This document shows, one piece after another, positions 49,401 through 61,099 of a DNA stretch of 64,000 nt. This DNA comes from Macrostomum lignano (lineage: Eukaryota): NCBI GenBank assembly GCA_002269645.1, contig NIVC01003922.1, positions 5,629 through 69,628 of the forward strand. The letters run 5' to 3'. The first letter of the stretch is position 1. Each line of letters opens with the position of its first letter. Both the position numbers and the translations under genes were made by a program. The notes below the pieces were generated by a model, which had not been told where the DNA came from, did not search any database, and saw only the letters and a list, made by a program, of their open reading frames with translations.

Positions 49401-52400
49401 GCTAGAATCATTAATTTCTGAAAACAGTGTAGGAGGTACATGTATGCTAAATTTTGCTGTCAGGTAGTTATAGTTGCATCAAACATCAATGCAGTTTGCA
49501 TTTTTGCTGACATTTTCGTCACAGCATATTTCATACCTAAAAATTACAGTACACCCTTTTCAAGGTTGTGCGCGCCACATGACTTTAAGCTAGGCGCAAA
49601 AAAAAGTGTATGCCAAGTATTTTAAGAGATTAAAAATTTTATATTGCAACAATCAAGGACCTTGTCACCTTTTAACCACTAGCTTATTCTTCAAAATGTT
49701 AGACCTTTCATTATAAACTGGAAGACACTAGTACCTATTTTCAAATTTGTGCCTTCTACAAAATTCAAACCTTTGTATACCAGTTTTTGTGTTATAGATC
49801 ATGGAACTTGGAGAATTTTGTATTCCACTTATAACACAAAACAAGTCAAAGTTTTTGCATGCAGAAGGCATCCTAAAAAGTTGCAAAGTTGTCAAAATTG
49901 CTAAAAAGGTTCTTTATTGTCATTACATGGAAAAAACTTTTGTATTTCAGAGTAAGCAACTTACCTGAAAAAAATTCTATTCCAAAATTGCCATGCAAGG
50001 ATTCCATCTTGGCCTATCTATAGATTATAGTTATCTTAGTACCAATATATTTTGATAACAGTATAACACAAAGTAGCACAACCAGAAATTTTTCATCCTT
50101 GATCTAAAGTATTTATTGCTGAACTTGGCCAAATCTTCTAATTCTTAATCGCCTATAGGCTCACATAGTTAAAACTTTTGGTGGTCAGCACCGTTGGCTT
50201 CAGGTAGACAAGTGCAAGCTGCAATTTTTATTCTATGAAATAAACAGACAAGTAATTAAATGTGCAGCTTCAATTTCCCACACTCAGGTCTCGATTCGGG
50301 CATCAAAACTCCAACCAGCCCAGGCAGTCGCAGCTCCGGGCCAAAATTCAGCAGGATGCCAGGCAGTTCATTGCTAATCGAAAACGTCAAGGAATCAGCG
50401 ATGCCAGACAGTTGCTGCTTCAACGGAAGCCTGACCCTGGTGAGCTCAGCTGTTTGCTGCCTTGCTCAGTTGCTTACTGCTCTCAACTTCAGCTGTCCCA
50501 GTCCCTTCCTCTGGTCCATCTCAAAACCCATCCTCCATCCCATCTCAAACCCCATCCTCCATCCCATCTCAAACCCCATCCTCCATCCCATCTCAAAACC
50601 CATCCTCCATCCCATCTCAAAACCCATCCTCCATCCCATCTCAAACCCCATCTCAAACCCCATCCTTCATCCCATCTCAAACCCCATCCTTCATCCCATC
50701 TCAAACCCCATCCTCCATCCCATCTCAAAACCCATCCTCCATCCGATCTCAAAACCCATCCTCCATCCTATCTTAAACCCCATCTCAAACCCCATCCTCC
50801 ATCCCATCTCAAACCCCATTCTCCATCCCATCTCAAACCCCATCCTCCATCCCATCTCAAACCCCATCCTCCATCCCATCTCAAGCCCCATTCTCCATCC
50901 CATCTCAAACCCCATTCTCCATCCCATCTCAAACCCCATCTCAAACCCCATCCTCCATCCCATCTCAAACCCCATTCTCCATCCCATCTCAAGCCCCATC
51001 CTCCATCCCATCTCAAACCCCATCCTCCATCCCATCTCAAGCCCCATTCTCCATCCCATCTCAAACCCCATCCTCCATCCCATCTCAAGCCCCATTCTCC
51101 ATCCCATCTCAAACCCCATCTCCATACCATCTCAAACCCCATCTCCATCCCATCTCAAGCCCCATCCTCCATCCCATCTCAAACCCCATCTCAAACCCCA
51201 TCCTCCATCCATCTCAAGCCCCATCCTCCATCCCATCTCAAACCCCATCTCAAACCCCATCCTCCATCCCATCTCAAGCCCCATCCTCCATCCCATCTCA
51301 AACCCCATCCTCCATCCCATCTCAAGCCCCATCCTCCATCCCATCTCAAACCCCATTCTCCATCCCATCTCAAACCCCATCCTTCATCCCATCTCAAACC
51401 CCATCCTCCATCCCATTTCAAACCCCATTCTCCATCCCATCTCAAACCCCATTCTCCATCCCATCTCAAACCCCATCCTTCATCCCATCTCAAACCCCAT
51501 TCTCCATCCCATCTCAAACCCCATTCTCCATCCCATCTCAAGCCCCATCCTCCATCCCATCTCAAACCCCATCCTTCATCCCATCTCAAACCCCATCCTC
51601 CATCCCATCTCAAACCCCATTCTCCATCCCATCTCAAACCCCATTCTCCATCCCATCTCAAACCCCATCCTTCATCCCATCTCAAACCCCATCCTCCATC
51701 CCATCTCAAACCCCATTCTCCATCCCATCTCAAGCCCCATCCTCCATCCCATCTCAAACCCCATCCTCCATCCCATCTCAAACCCCATCCTCCATCCCAT
51801 CTCAAACCCCATTCTCCATCCCATCTCAAAACCCATCCTCCATCCCATCTCAAGCCCCATCCTCCATCCCATCTCAAACCCTATCTTAAACCCCATCCTC
51901 CATCCCATTTCAAACCCCATTCTCTATCCCATTTTAAACCCATCCCGAAACCTCAAGCCCACAAAAACCCAAAACGCTGATCACCCAGCCTGCCCCGCAT
52001 TCCCCAGTGCCCAACGAGGTCCCGGAGGCCTTGCCAGTCGCCGAGCCGCTGGTGCCGCTGCTGCTGCCGCAGAAGGTGATCGCTAACGACCGGTACCAGC
52101 CGCCGCCTCCGCCGCGCATTGACTTGGAATACGACCTGCCCCCGGCCCCGCGCTTTGTCGGCTCGCGCGCCGCCGCTCCCCCTGGCCAGCCTGGGAGATT
52201 TTTATCCCAGCACCAGCCGCCGCTGCCACGTCGTCGGCTGGCGACAGCCGCTCCCGTCGCTCAGCCGGCGCCTCGGCAGAATCTGCGCCCTGCGCCCCAG
52301 CTGCCGCCGCAGCCTCATCGCTACGACCAGCCTCCTGGTCGTTACTATCCGGATGAAGATTATTCAGTGGAGCCCGAGGACTTTGCCGAAGAGTATTATT

Positions 52401-53967
52401 ACGAAAGTCCGGCTGGGCATGAATACACCGAAATCATTGACGATCTGGACGAGTATCAGCATCAGCCGCCTGTTGAAGATGAAATCTATGACGATTATGA
52501 GCCGTCCGAGTATGACTATGCTCATGCTGCTGAGATGGAGCCGCGCTATGTTCAGCGCCAGTCGGTTCGCTATGAGCAGCGGCGGCCTCAGCTTGAGCCT
52601 GGCTACCAGTACACCGAGCCGGAGCCAAGCGTTCGCAACGGCGCGTCGACAATGCGGCTGCACCTTCAGGAGCGGCGCCCTGTAGTTGCCGCTACTGCCA
52701 CCGCCGCTGTGCCGCGGGCTCCTCGACCGTCTCGCCCCAGGGCCGCGGCCTCAGCGGCTCTCTACGGTGGCGGCAGCAGCGGCGGTGGTGGCGGGGAGTT
52801 CTTCGACCGCCGCCAGCCCCAGCTGCGTCAAATTGATGCCGACGGCGATGTCGAAATGGTCGCCGCCATGTCGGAGCGTCGGCGACATCGGAGCCGATCG
52901 CCACAGCTGGCGAGGCCGTCGACGGCTTTTTCCGCCGCTGCTGCTGCTGCCGGTGCCCCGTCGCGGTCCAGCGCCGCTCATCGACAGTCGCACCAGGGTT
53001 TGTCGGGGCGCGCCGTCGCTGCTCAGCCTGCCGCTGCTGCTGCCGGTACTTCGTCGGGGCGTTCGACCGAGGACGTCGTCAAGGTTTGCGATTGTGTTTT
53101 ATATTTTGGCGTAACAAGTCTCCTGCTGGTAAGCCACTGTATAGAATGATTTAGAGTAGGATAATTTCGAATTTTAGTAAGTTTTTTTAATTCATAAGCT
53201 TCATCGAAATTTCCCTTCCCAAACCCTTTGTTTTAAATACCTTACCCAGATCACAGATCTCAAATCCCAAACTGCAGATCTCAAATCCCAAACTGCAGAT
53301 CTCAAATCCCAAACTGCAGATCTCAAATCCCAAACTGCAGATCTCAAATCCCAAACTGCAGATCTCAAATCTCAAACTGCAGATCTCAAATCCCAAACTG
53401 CAGATCTCAAATCCCAAACTGCAGATCTCAAATCCCAAACTGCAGATCTCAAATCCCAAACTGTAGATCTCAAATCTCAAACTGCAGATCTCAAATCCCA
53501 AACTGCAGATCTCAAATCCCAAACTGCAGATCTCAAATCCCAAACTGCAGATCTCAAATCCCAAACTGCAGATCTCAAATCCCAAACCTAAGATTAACCA
53601 ATCTGTCTTCCCTTGCCACTGGCACATCAGAGCGCCGCGCCAGACCACTGGGCTACGGCCTTCCATCTGGCTTACCCACCTTACCTGCTGTTTGATATTC
53701 CCACCTTCACAGGCCTATAAGGTGTCAATCAGCGGTCTGCACCACAGCGTCACCCGCGACGACATCTACGAGCTGTTCTCGTCCGTTGGCTCGGTGCGCA
53801 AGTGCTCGATGCTGGGCAGCGGCAAGGCGGAGGTCGTGTTCCCCGACAGGGCTGAGGCCGAGACGGCAGTGAAGCGGTACAACAACCGCGAGCTGGACGG
53901 GGTGCCGATGCGGCTGCAGATTTCTATGGTTGGCATCCGACTGCAGTCGGGCAAGAGTTCCAGGTGA
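46460..53967 (+). CDS. POLDIP3: POLDIP3/SKAR-like (DAR repeats plus C-terminal RRM), 4 coding exons, about 509 aa
   Basis: Exons 46460-46506 (MNLSLEDII, donor GTAAGT), 50288-50439 (SRFG...DARQFI...DARQLL), 52008-53083, 53713-53967 (YKVSISGLHHSVTRDDIYELFSSVG...AEVVF...YNNRELDGVPM). Phases compatible, 1530 nt. Exon 1 linkage and the exact 3' end are less certain. Confidence 0.85.
47614..47968. repeat. About 178-bp tandem dimer in POLDIP3 intron 1
   Basis: Two diverged copies sharing tatgcttattaagcaac...gcggcgtgtatgcaag...atgcaattttcc. Confidence 0.85.
48900..49088. mobile_element. Foldback MITE with target-site duplication
   Basis: 33-bp outer arms (2 mismatches) and 19-bp inner arms (1 mismatch); flanked by GCCTCTGCC at 48892-48900 and 49088-49096. 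Confidence 0.85.
50515..51940. repeat. 24-nt C-rich minisatellite (ccatctcaaaccccatcctccatc), POLDIP3 intron 2
   Basis: Period 24 with interspersed 12-nt half units; consensus unit has no G. Confidence 0.97.
53228..53590. repeat. 21-nt minisatellite (agatctcaaatcccaaactgc), POLDIP3 intron 3
   Basis: Period 21, about 17 copies. Confidence 0.96.
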
Positions 53968-54779
53968 ATTGACTGCCGAAACGTTTGGATTTGTTTGTTA
54001 CTGCGTTGGCGTGTTCATTGGTTATATTTTCATTATTTTGCTTTAAAAATACCTTTAAAAGCGCATGCTGTCTACTGTAAGTAAGTGAATTTGATAACAA
54101 CAGTCTGTTAAATTGTATTGATTGTGCTAGGACTTACTAAATTGTATGATTTTTAGGTAAGTTTGCAACATTCTCCCAATGAATATATTGTGGTCTTTAT
54201 GACACTGCGCACTTTTCATCAACACACACTTGCTGTTCGTTGGCATTTAACCCTAATAAACCAATAATTAATTAGGGCCTGCAGTGCTGCAGAATTCTGC
54301 CCGCGGAAATGAAATTCTGAAAAATTACACGCGCCTCAGTTATTTGGGCAAGTCTTGGACACAACTGCATTGCTGTGTGCAGTCATCACAACTCTATTAA
54401 TAAATATCAGTGTTAAATAGTTCGATATCACAGAAGTCCTTGGGAGTACTATGGGAAGTACTATGGGACATACATAGTACATACATAGGTGCATAGTCAT
54501 TTATATATCAACCAGTTGATCGCAGGTCAAAATGGTTTATTCTGCAGTCTGCACTCGCTCGCGTGTTATACCAATATCATGCATCCCGACTGTAGAAGAA
54601 TCCTGTGCCCCTCAGTTTTTTGTTTTCAACTCGCCGTGTTTGCGAATTGCGATAATTAAGTACTCGTTGTTTATTGTTAGTTTTTATAAATGTCAACCAG
54701 AGGACAAAATTGTTCCGCCATTGATCAACTACAAAAATCTCCCTGACAACTGCATTAGTAGCGCTATGAAGAATCTGAG

Positions 54780-55006
54780 TCTGGGTTTTTTGTGCGTATG
54801 CACCTTGAATTTTGAAATCGCACCCTGAAATTGAAAAAGTAGGTGCGGTCTCATGATCCATGCATTCTTCCCTTTAGTCTTTCCCTTTATACACTGCGTT
54901 AAAATAAGAAAAAAAAAACAAATTGCATTCTGAGCCTCAAAATCTCACTTTGAAATTGGGCATTAGGGTGCGATTTTGCACCCTTGTCGCTGGCAAAAAA
55001 CCCAGA
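54780..55006. mobile_element. Degenerate inverted-repeat element (MITE-like)
   Basis: TCTGGGTTTTTTG / CAAAAAACCCAGA outer pair and AAATCGCACCCT / AGGGTGCGATTT inner pair. Confidence 0.5.
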
Positions 55007-55179
55007 TCTGAGTGCGAAGGCCTGAATTTTTTTAAGCACGGACATTGCTATAGTTGAGCTTTAACTCATGTTGCTGTATATTTATATTATTATTACACAT
55101 GTCCGTGTCCGTGCTTAAAAAATTTTGAGAGCTTCAGAAATGTTAAGAGCATGATGAAAAATCACGCTCAGGTGTCCTT

Positions 55180-55520
55180 ACTCACCTGGTGCCACCTGTT
55201 GAAGGTGCCGACGGCGTCGGGGTGATGACTGAAGGCTCGAGAGACTAGCTGAGAATGTTCGGCAGTTGAGGTTTGCCCATTATTGAAGCTTGATAAGAAA
55301 AACCTGACATATTTTCAACAGAATGTCCATAGTCACCTGGTGCACCTGTTGAAGGTGCCGACGGCGTCGGGGTGATGACTGAATGCTTGACTGACTAGCT
55401 GAGGATGTCCAGCAGTTGATTTTTGCCCACTGTCGAGGCTTGATCAGCAAAACTAGAGAAATCCGCATCAGGGTGTCCATAGTCACCTGGTGCCACAGCT
55501 GTTGAGGGTCCAGAAGCTCC
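55180..55520 (-). repeat. About 150-bp tandem repeat (about 2.2 copies), exon-like
   Basis: cacctggtg recurs at 55183, 55334 and 55484; minus-strand donor GTGAGT at 55185-55180. Confidence 0.8.
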
Positions 55521-56919
55521 ACCTGGGGAAGGCCAGTGACCATCGAAGTCAGAACTGATGCAGACACGTGGTCGACGTGCTGATGAAATTTGGAGACTTG
55601 GCAAGGCTGCACTGAGGCGCAGTGCTATTTGGCGCACAGGGGTGTACTGAATACACTAGCACTTATGGGAAAAATCCGACCTTCTGGCAGAATCGTCGAA
55701 TATCTCGACGCTCCGGAGGGCTGGCGACTTGATTCTTGTTTGAGAAGGTGCGCAACAAAAAGTTAGCCCGTGTTCTTGAATTTCGTGTGCCTGCGTTGCT
55801 CCGTTCCGGCGCAGCAGAAAATTGTCGGGGGGGGGGGGGATTTTTCGCCCCTCTTGGTAGTTCGACGGGCGGAAAAATGACTTGGTATTCCTACTGTTAA
55901 CAACCACGCTGGAAAAGAGATAGGAGAATCATGGATAGAGTTGGATTAAATCTACCACTTGTTGACCAACTGGTTTCTGAATGAAAACTTCATCATTTTA
56001 CCATTTTACCTCTTAGTTCGCACAGTCTTGTTCAAAAGAAACGAGCAGGACTTCAATTCAAGCAATAAGAAATCTCAGCGCTTGCGGAAATTCAATTCAA
56101 ACGAAGTCCCTTTTCTATTGAAACAGATGAAATTCGATCTAGAGAAATTAGCCCTAGAGAGCCTTGATGATAGTCTGTCACTGTTGCTTATAATAGTATA
56201 TTTCCGAGGCTGCTGCCCCACGATCTCTTCCTCGAATTCTGCTTCAACTTCATTGAGTTCATCCTCAGTCTTCTAGCAATTCGTCTTCAATCTGATCTTC
56301 AGCACTCATGTTGATTCTAGCTTCTCTATACCCTCTCCTCTCTACATTCCATTGCCCTCAGGTCATGCGCTGGGTTGTCTGGCCCTTATGGTAGCAATGT
56401 TTTCCGGCCCCTGGTCTAGCGCAATGAAACTGTTTATAGAATTGAGCATGGCAAATGCAATCTAAACTTGAGTTGCAGTCGGACAGGCAGGATTGTTTTC
56501 TTTGGCACGAAGCTTAGAAAAATAAAATGCAACGAAGACAATAGAAAGAGAGACCTGCGTGCGACCTAAAAAATAAAAAATATTGCAGTAATTTTCTTGA
56601 CAAGTTCCAGATTCAATGCCATGCATTTTGTGACCCTGGCCCTCGGCCCGAGCCACTTCAGTCTCACCATCAGGAGCCTCAAGGCTAGGTAGCATTGAGC
56701 AGGCTTGTATGAAAAAGAAAAAGCTCAGATGCTTACGTCTAGATGTCGCAAAATTTGCGCAGTCTCTGTATGCATTCAATTGCCTAATTGCTATGCCATT
56801 CAAGTTGAGAGGCCGGTTATGCATTGACCCACTCCCCGAAATTTAGGTTAAGAGCACGTTTTTTAGGGCTTTGTTTTGCAAGTAAGCAAAAACGTGCTCC
56901 CCGCCCCAGATTGCTTGTC

Positions 56920-56950
56920 TATAAATTCGACCGCCTCGAGCTCACAAGAG
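56920..56950 (+). promoter_or_regulatory. TATA box and probable TSS of the Arg-rich precursor gene
   Basis: TATAAA at 56920-56925, about 90 nt upstream of the ATG at 57012. Confidence 0.6.
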
Positions 56951-57011
56951 CCCCAAGACCCAAGACGGGATCGGCTCTGCAAAGCGAATCTCTCTGAATT
57001 CAGCAGCAGCC

Positions 57012-57464
57012 ATGAAGTGGCAGTTCGCCCTCGGTCTCCTCCTGTGCATGGCGCTGGCGGTCTACGCCAGCCCGGCTGAGCACAAAGAAGAAGACGAAAA
57101 CCTCGAAAAGGTGTCCTCCTCCGCACTGGCCGATCTGGCCGAGCCCGACCAGGCCGAGCCCGACCTTGCCGAGTCCGACCTGGCCGAGCCCGACCTGGCC
57201 GAGTCCGAGTTGGCCGAGTCCGATGAGAGCACAAATCCGGAAGAAAAGCTCCGAATTAGGTTCGGCAGGCGGCGCTACTACCGCAGGCGCATCTTCCGCA
57301 GGCGCATCTTCCGTAGGCGCTTCTACCGCAGGCGCATCTTCCGCAGACGCATCTTCCGTAGGCGCTTCTACCGCAGGCGCATCTTCCGCAGGCGCATCTT
57401 CCGCAGGCGCATCTTCCGCAGGCGCATCTTCCGCAGGAGGCGCTGCTTCCGCTACCGCGGCTAA
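57012..57464 (+). CDS. Secreted prepropeptide: signal peptide, acidic repeat propiece, Arg-rich cationic repeat peptide (antimicrobial-peptide-like)
   Basis: MKWQFALGLLLCMALAVYA signal; 61-aa segment with 22 D/E; 70-aa tail with 41 Arg ending YRG. Intact, GC-rich host-like codons; TATA upstream, AATAAA at 57562-57567. Confidence 0.9.
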   Translation: MKWQFALGLLLCMALAVYASPAEHKEEDENLEKVSSSALADLAEPDQAEPDLAESDLAEPDLAESELAESDESTNPEEKLRIRFGRRRYYRRRIFRRRIFRRRFYRRRIFRRRIFRRRFYRRRIFRRRIFRRRIFRRRIFRRRRCFRYRG

Positions 57465-57870
57465 ATGAACCGGATCGTTTTCTGACTGATCGCCTTGGAC
57501 ATTCTGACTAATCTTCTTTGACAAATAATCTTGACTAAAATCAATGACAAAATATCTCAGTAATAAATATCAGCTATAGTGACTGTTTAATATCCTGGAT
57601 TTTGAAGTTTCGCCAAGCAAAATACACCCGGCAGTTTGAAAGCACAAGCGAATATTTTTCAATATTATAAAAATATTCTCAGCATCTCTCTCCGCTCTTC
57701 CCTTTCTGGCCATGCTCAACTATTTGTGTTAGTGCGTTGTTTGAATTCATTAAATGCTAATAGAAACCACGCACTCGTACTATAATAAAACATATATAGC
57801 TACGCGCATCAGAATGCTAAAAATCATCTTTTGGTTTAGTCTGAAGCTTTGATGTGTGTCTCAATAGCAA

Positions 57871-58157
57871 GGGGATTGTAGCCCAGTGGTCAGAGCGTCG
57901 GTCTCGCCACTTTAAGGTGGGGCTCTATTCCCGATCTAACTGAAACAGTTTGTGTCCTTAAGCAAGACACTTAACTCTGCATTGCTTCAGTTCACCCAGC
58001 TGTAAAATGGGTGCTAGCATTAGCTGGGGTAATTGAGGGTGTGTGTGGCGGCCCCAGTCCTTGGACTGAACAGCCGAACGCAGCCTTGAGATGCGCCGCG
58101 CAATAGCTGCGGTTGAGCTGTCGGTTGCACATCTGGCCCGAATGGGGCAGATGCAAA
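57871..58157 (+). mobile_element. tRNA-derived SINE with Nin/CORE-like central domain
   Basis: A box TAGCCCAGTGG (57879), degenerate B box GGCTCTATTCC (about 57921), then TGTGTCCTTAAGCAAGACACTTAAC...CACCCAGCTGTAAAATGGGT. Confidence 0.75.
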
Positions 58158-58825
58158 TCTCTACATATAAAAATCAAAACTCTGTCTGTCTGTGTGTGGA
58201 CAATTTTGTTCGCTATGGACTCACAAACCGCTCAACCAAATTACACCAAACTTTACACCACCCTAAACTTACTACGGAGAATGTCTTAGGCTACCTTTTA
58301 ATTTCCTAAATTTGAGTCTTCCTACCTAAAAGTGCAAAAAACTGCTCAAAATGCGCAATTTTTTCACTAAATCCTCCATAGCGCCGCTCCACTTCTACCG
58401 ATTCTCTTCAAATTTGACACAGATAATCTTAAACTATTTTGGCACAATCATGTAAAATTTCGAGTCTGAAAGTTAATCCTGAACGGCGCTGTGCACTTTT
58501 AAAGTTTGGCTGTTTTTTTCAGCGAGGCAGCCACCCCAACCTCCGCCCGCCTGCCTCTCTTTCCCGATCTGGGCAAAGGGTGTGAGTAGGTTTTAAAATG
58601 CCTAACTTTCGGCTGCCATAGTTTTGCTCCACGTAAAGCGATTGACTTCAAATTTGACACAATTCTTTATTGACTCATTCTCTGCCTACATGTAAAGTCT
58701 CAACTCTGTATCTCAATCAGGACAGAAACTGTAAGCATGTGAATTTTGTCTGCTTTTTCTGTTGTTTGTGCCTCTCACTCGCTCATTCCCCCAGCCCAGA
58801 CGAAGGGTCAGGCGATAGGACTGAA
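58158..58825 (+). mobile_element. Non-autonomous Helitron-like element
   Basis: Begins A|TC, with (CTGT)n near the 5' end and accgctcaaccaaatt...accaaactt; imperfect 3' hairpin ccagac/gtcagg at 58796-58812; terminal CTRR degenerate. Confidence 0.4.
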
Positions 58826-59339
58826 TGTACATAGCAAATGTACAGTGTTTTGGAATAACTTTTTAATAGCCTTCTCTGCACCCCGAGAATGGAGAGGCTA
58901 CGTTTAGCCATGACAGTTTAGTGAGAAATTCTAACCACTGCCCTCCCCTCTGTATTGGCAAACTCTGCAGCAGTTTAACAGAGGATGGCAATTGGCAAAT
59001 CGAGGGAATCCAGCATAGTTTGTAAAAGCGAAAGATTTATGAAAAGGCGATGCGATGCAATGCAATACAACCCTACTAAATTAGGCACACCATGGAAATT
59101 TTAGGTTTCTTTTAAAGGTACTGTGTAAATATTAAATGGCCTTCTAAGAAATGCGTATTTCCTTGGTTGTTAGACTGATGCAGACTGCAGTGGAGCTGAA
59201 GATACACAAATTCCTTTCAGGGCTGCAAATTGGCAAGAAAGATGACGTGATCAAAGCATGAGAACAACCATGAGAGTACTACGTCCCACAAACTGGCTTT
59301 CCAAGCAGGGATGGACAGACTTTTACCTCAAAGGCCAGA

Positions 59340-60480
<1,141 letters not shown>

Positions 60481-61099
60481 GTGAGAGACCAGAGTTTAGC
60501 AATATGTTTTAGAGTCAGACAGACATTGCCTGACATTCTGCGCAGTACCCCAGCCAACAATGTCTCAAACCCTAATTTTACACGAATGTGCTCCATTTTA
60601 TGTCTACCTCTATCCTACTAACTATTAACAAGTTTTTGTTTATATATGGCCTTACATTTCAGAATACATGCAAAAGTAGTTCCAGGTATTGGAATTCCCC
60701 GGGTTCAAAATCCGCGGGTTTCAACAGCTTGTATCATATATACGCAAGATGGGCCACTCATTATTGTGGCCATAGAAGTCTATTTAAAAAATTTTGCAAC
60801 TCGCGACAGCGAGAAAATCGACTACTGTACTCAATTTCGTCAGTAGTCTCTGTAGTGCATGCACCATTCTTACTTTGATTGAGTAGCTTTTTATTGAATT
60901 CATGAGAGGTTTTATTCAATTCTCAAAAATAGCGTCTATGTCTTTAAGCTACTGAACTCAAACTTATAAGCAACCAATGTCGGCTTTTTCGCAAAACAGC
61001 GATCACTGCACTTCCCTATTGCCGCAATGCAAAGTGGCCTATCCAGGGAATATAAGATCTATGGGCAGATGTATTATTATTGTTACTATATTACTTAAT

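Noticed and set aside
50260-52086. 608-aa and 572-aa ORFs
   Set aside because: They run through a stop-free 24-nt intronic minisatellite; only 50288-50439 and 52008 onward are exonic.
57012-57464. Protamine / sperm nuclear basic protein
   Set aside because: A signal peptide and acidic propiece are incompatible with a nuclear protamine.
57000-57524. 174-aa minus-strand ORF
   Set aside because: Antisense shadow of the 15-nt-repeat gene; promoter, signal peptide and polyA signal all support the plus strand.
57871-57945. tRNA gene
   Set aside because: Degenerate B box, no cloverleaf, and it continues into a SINE body.
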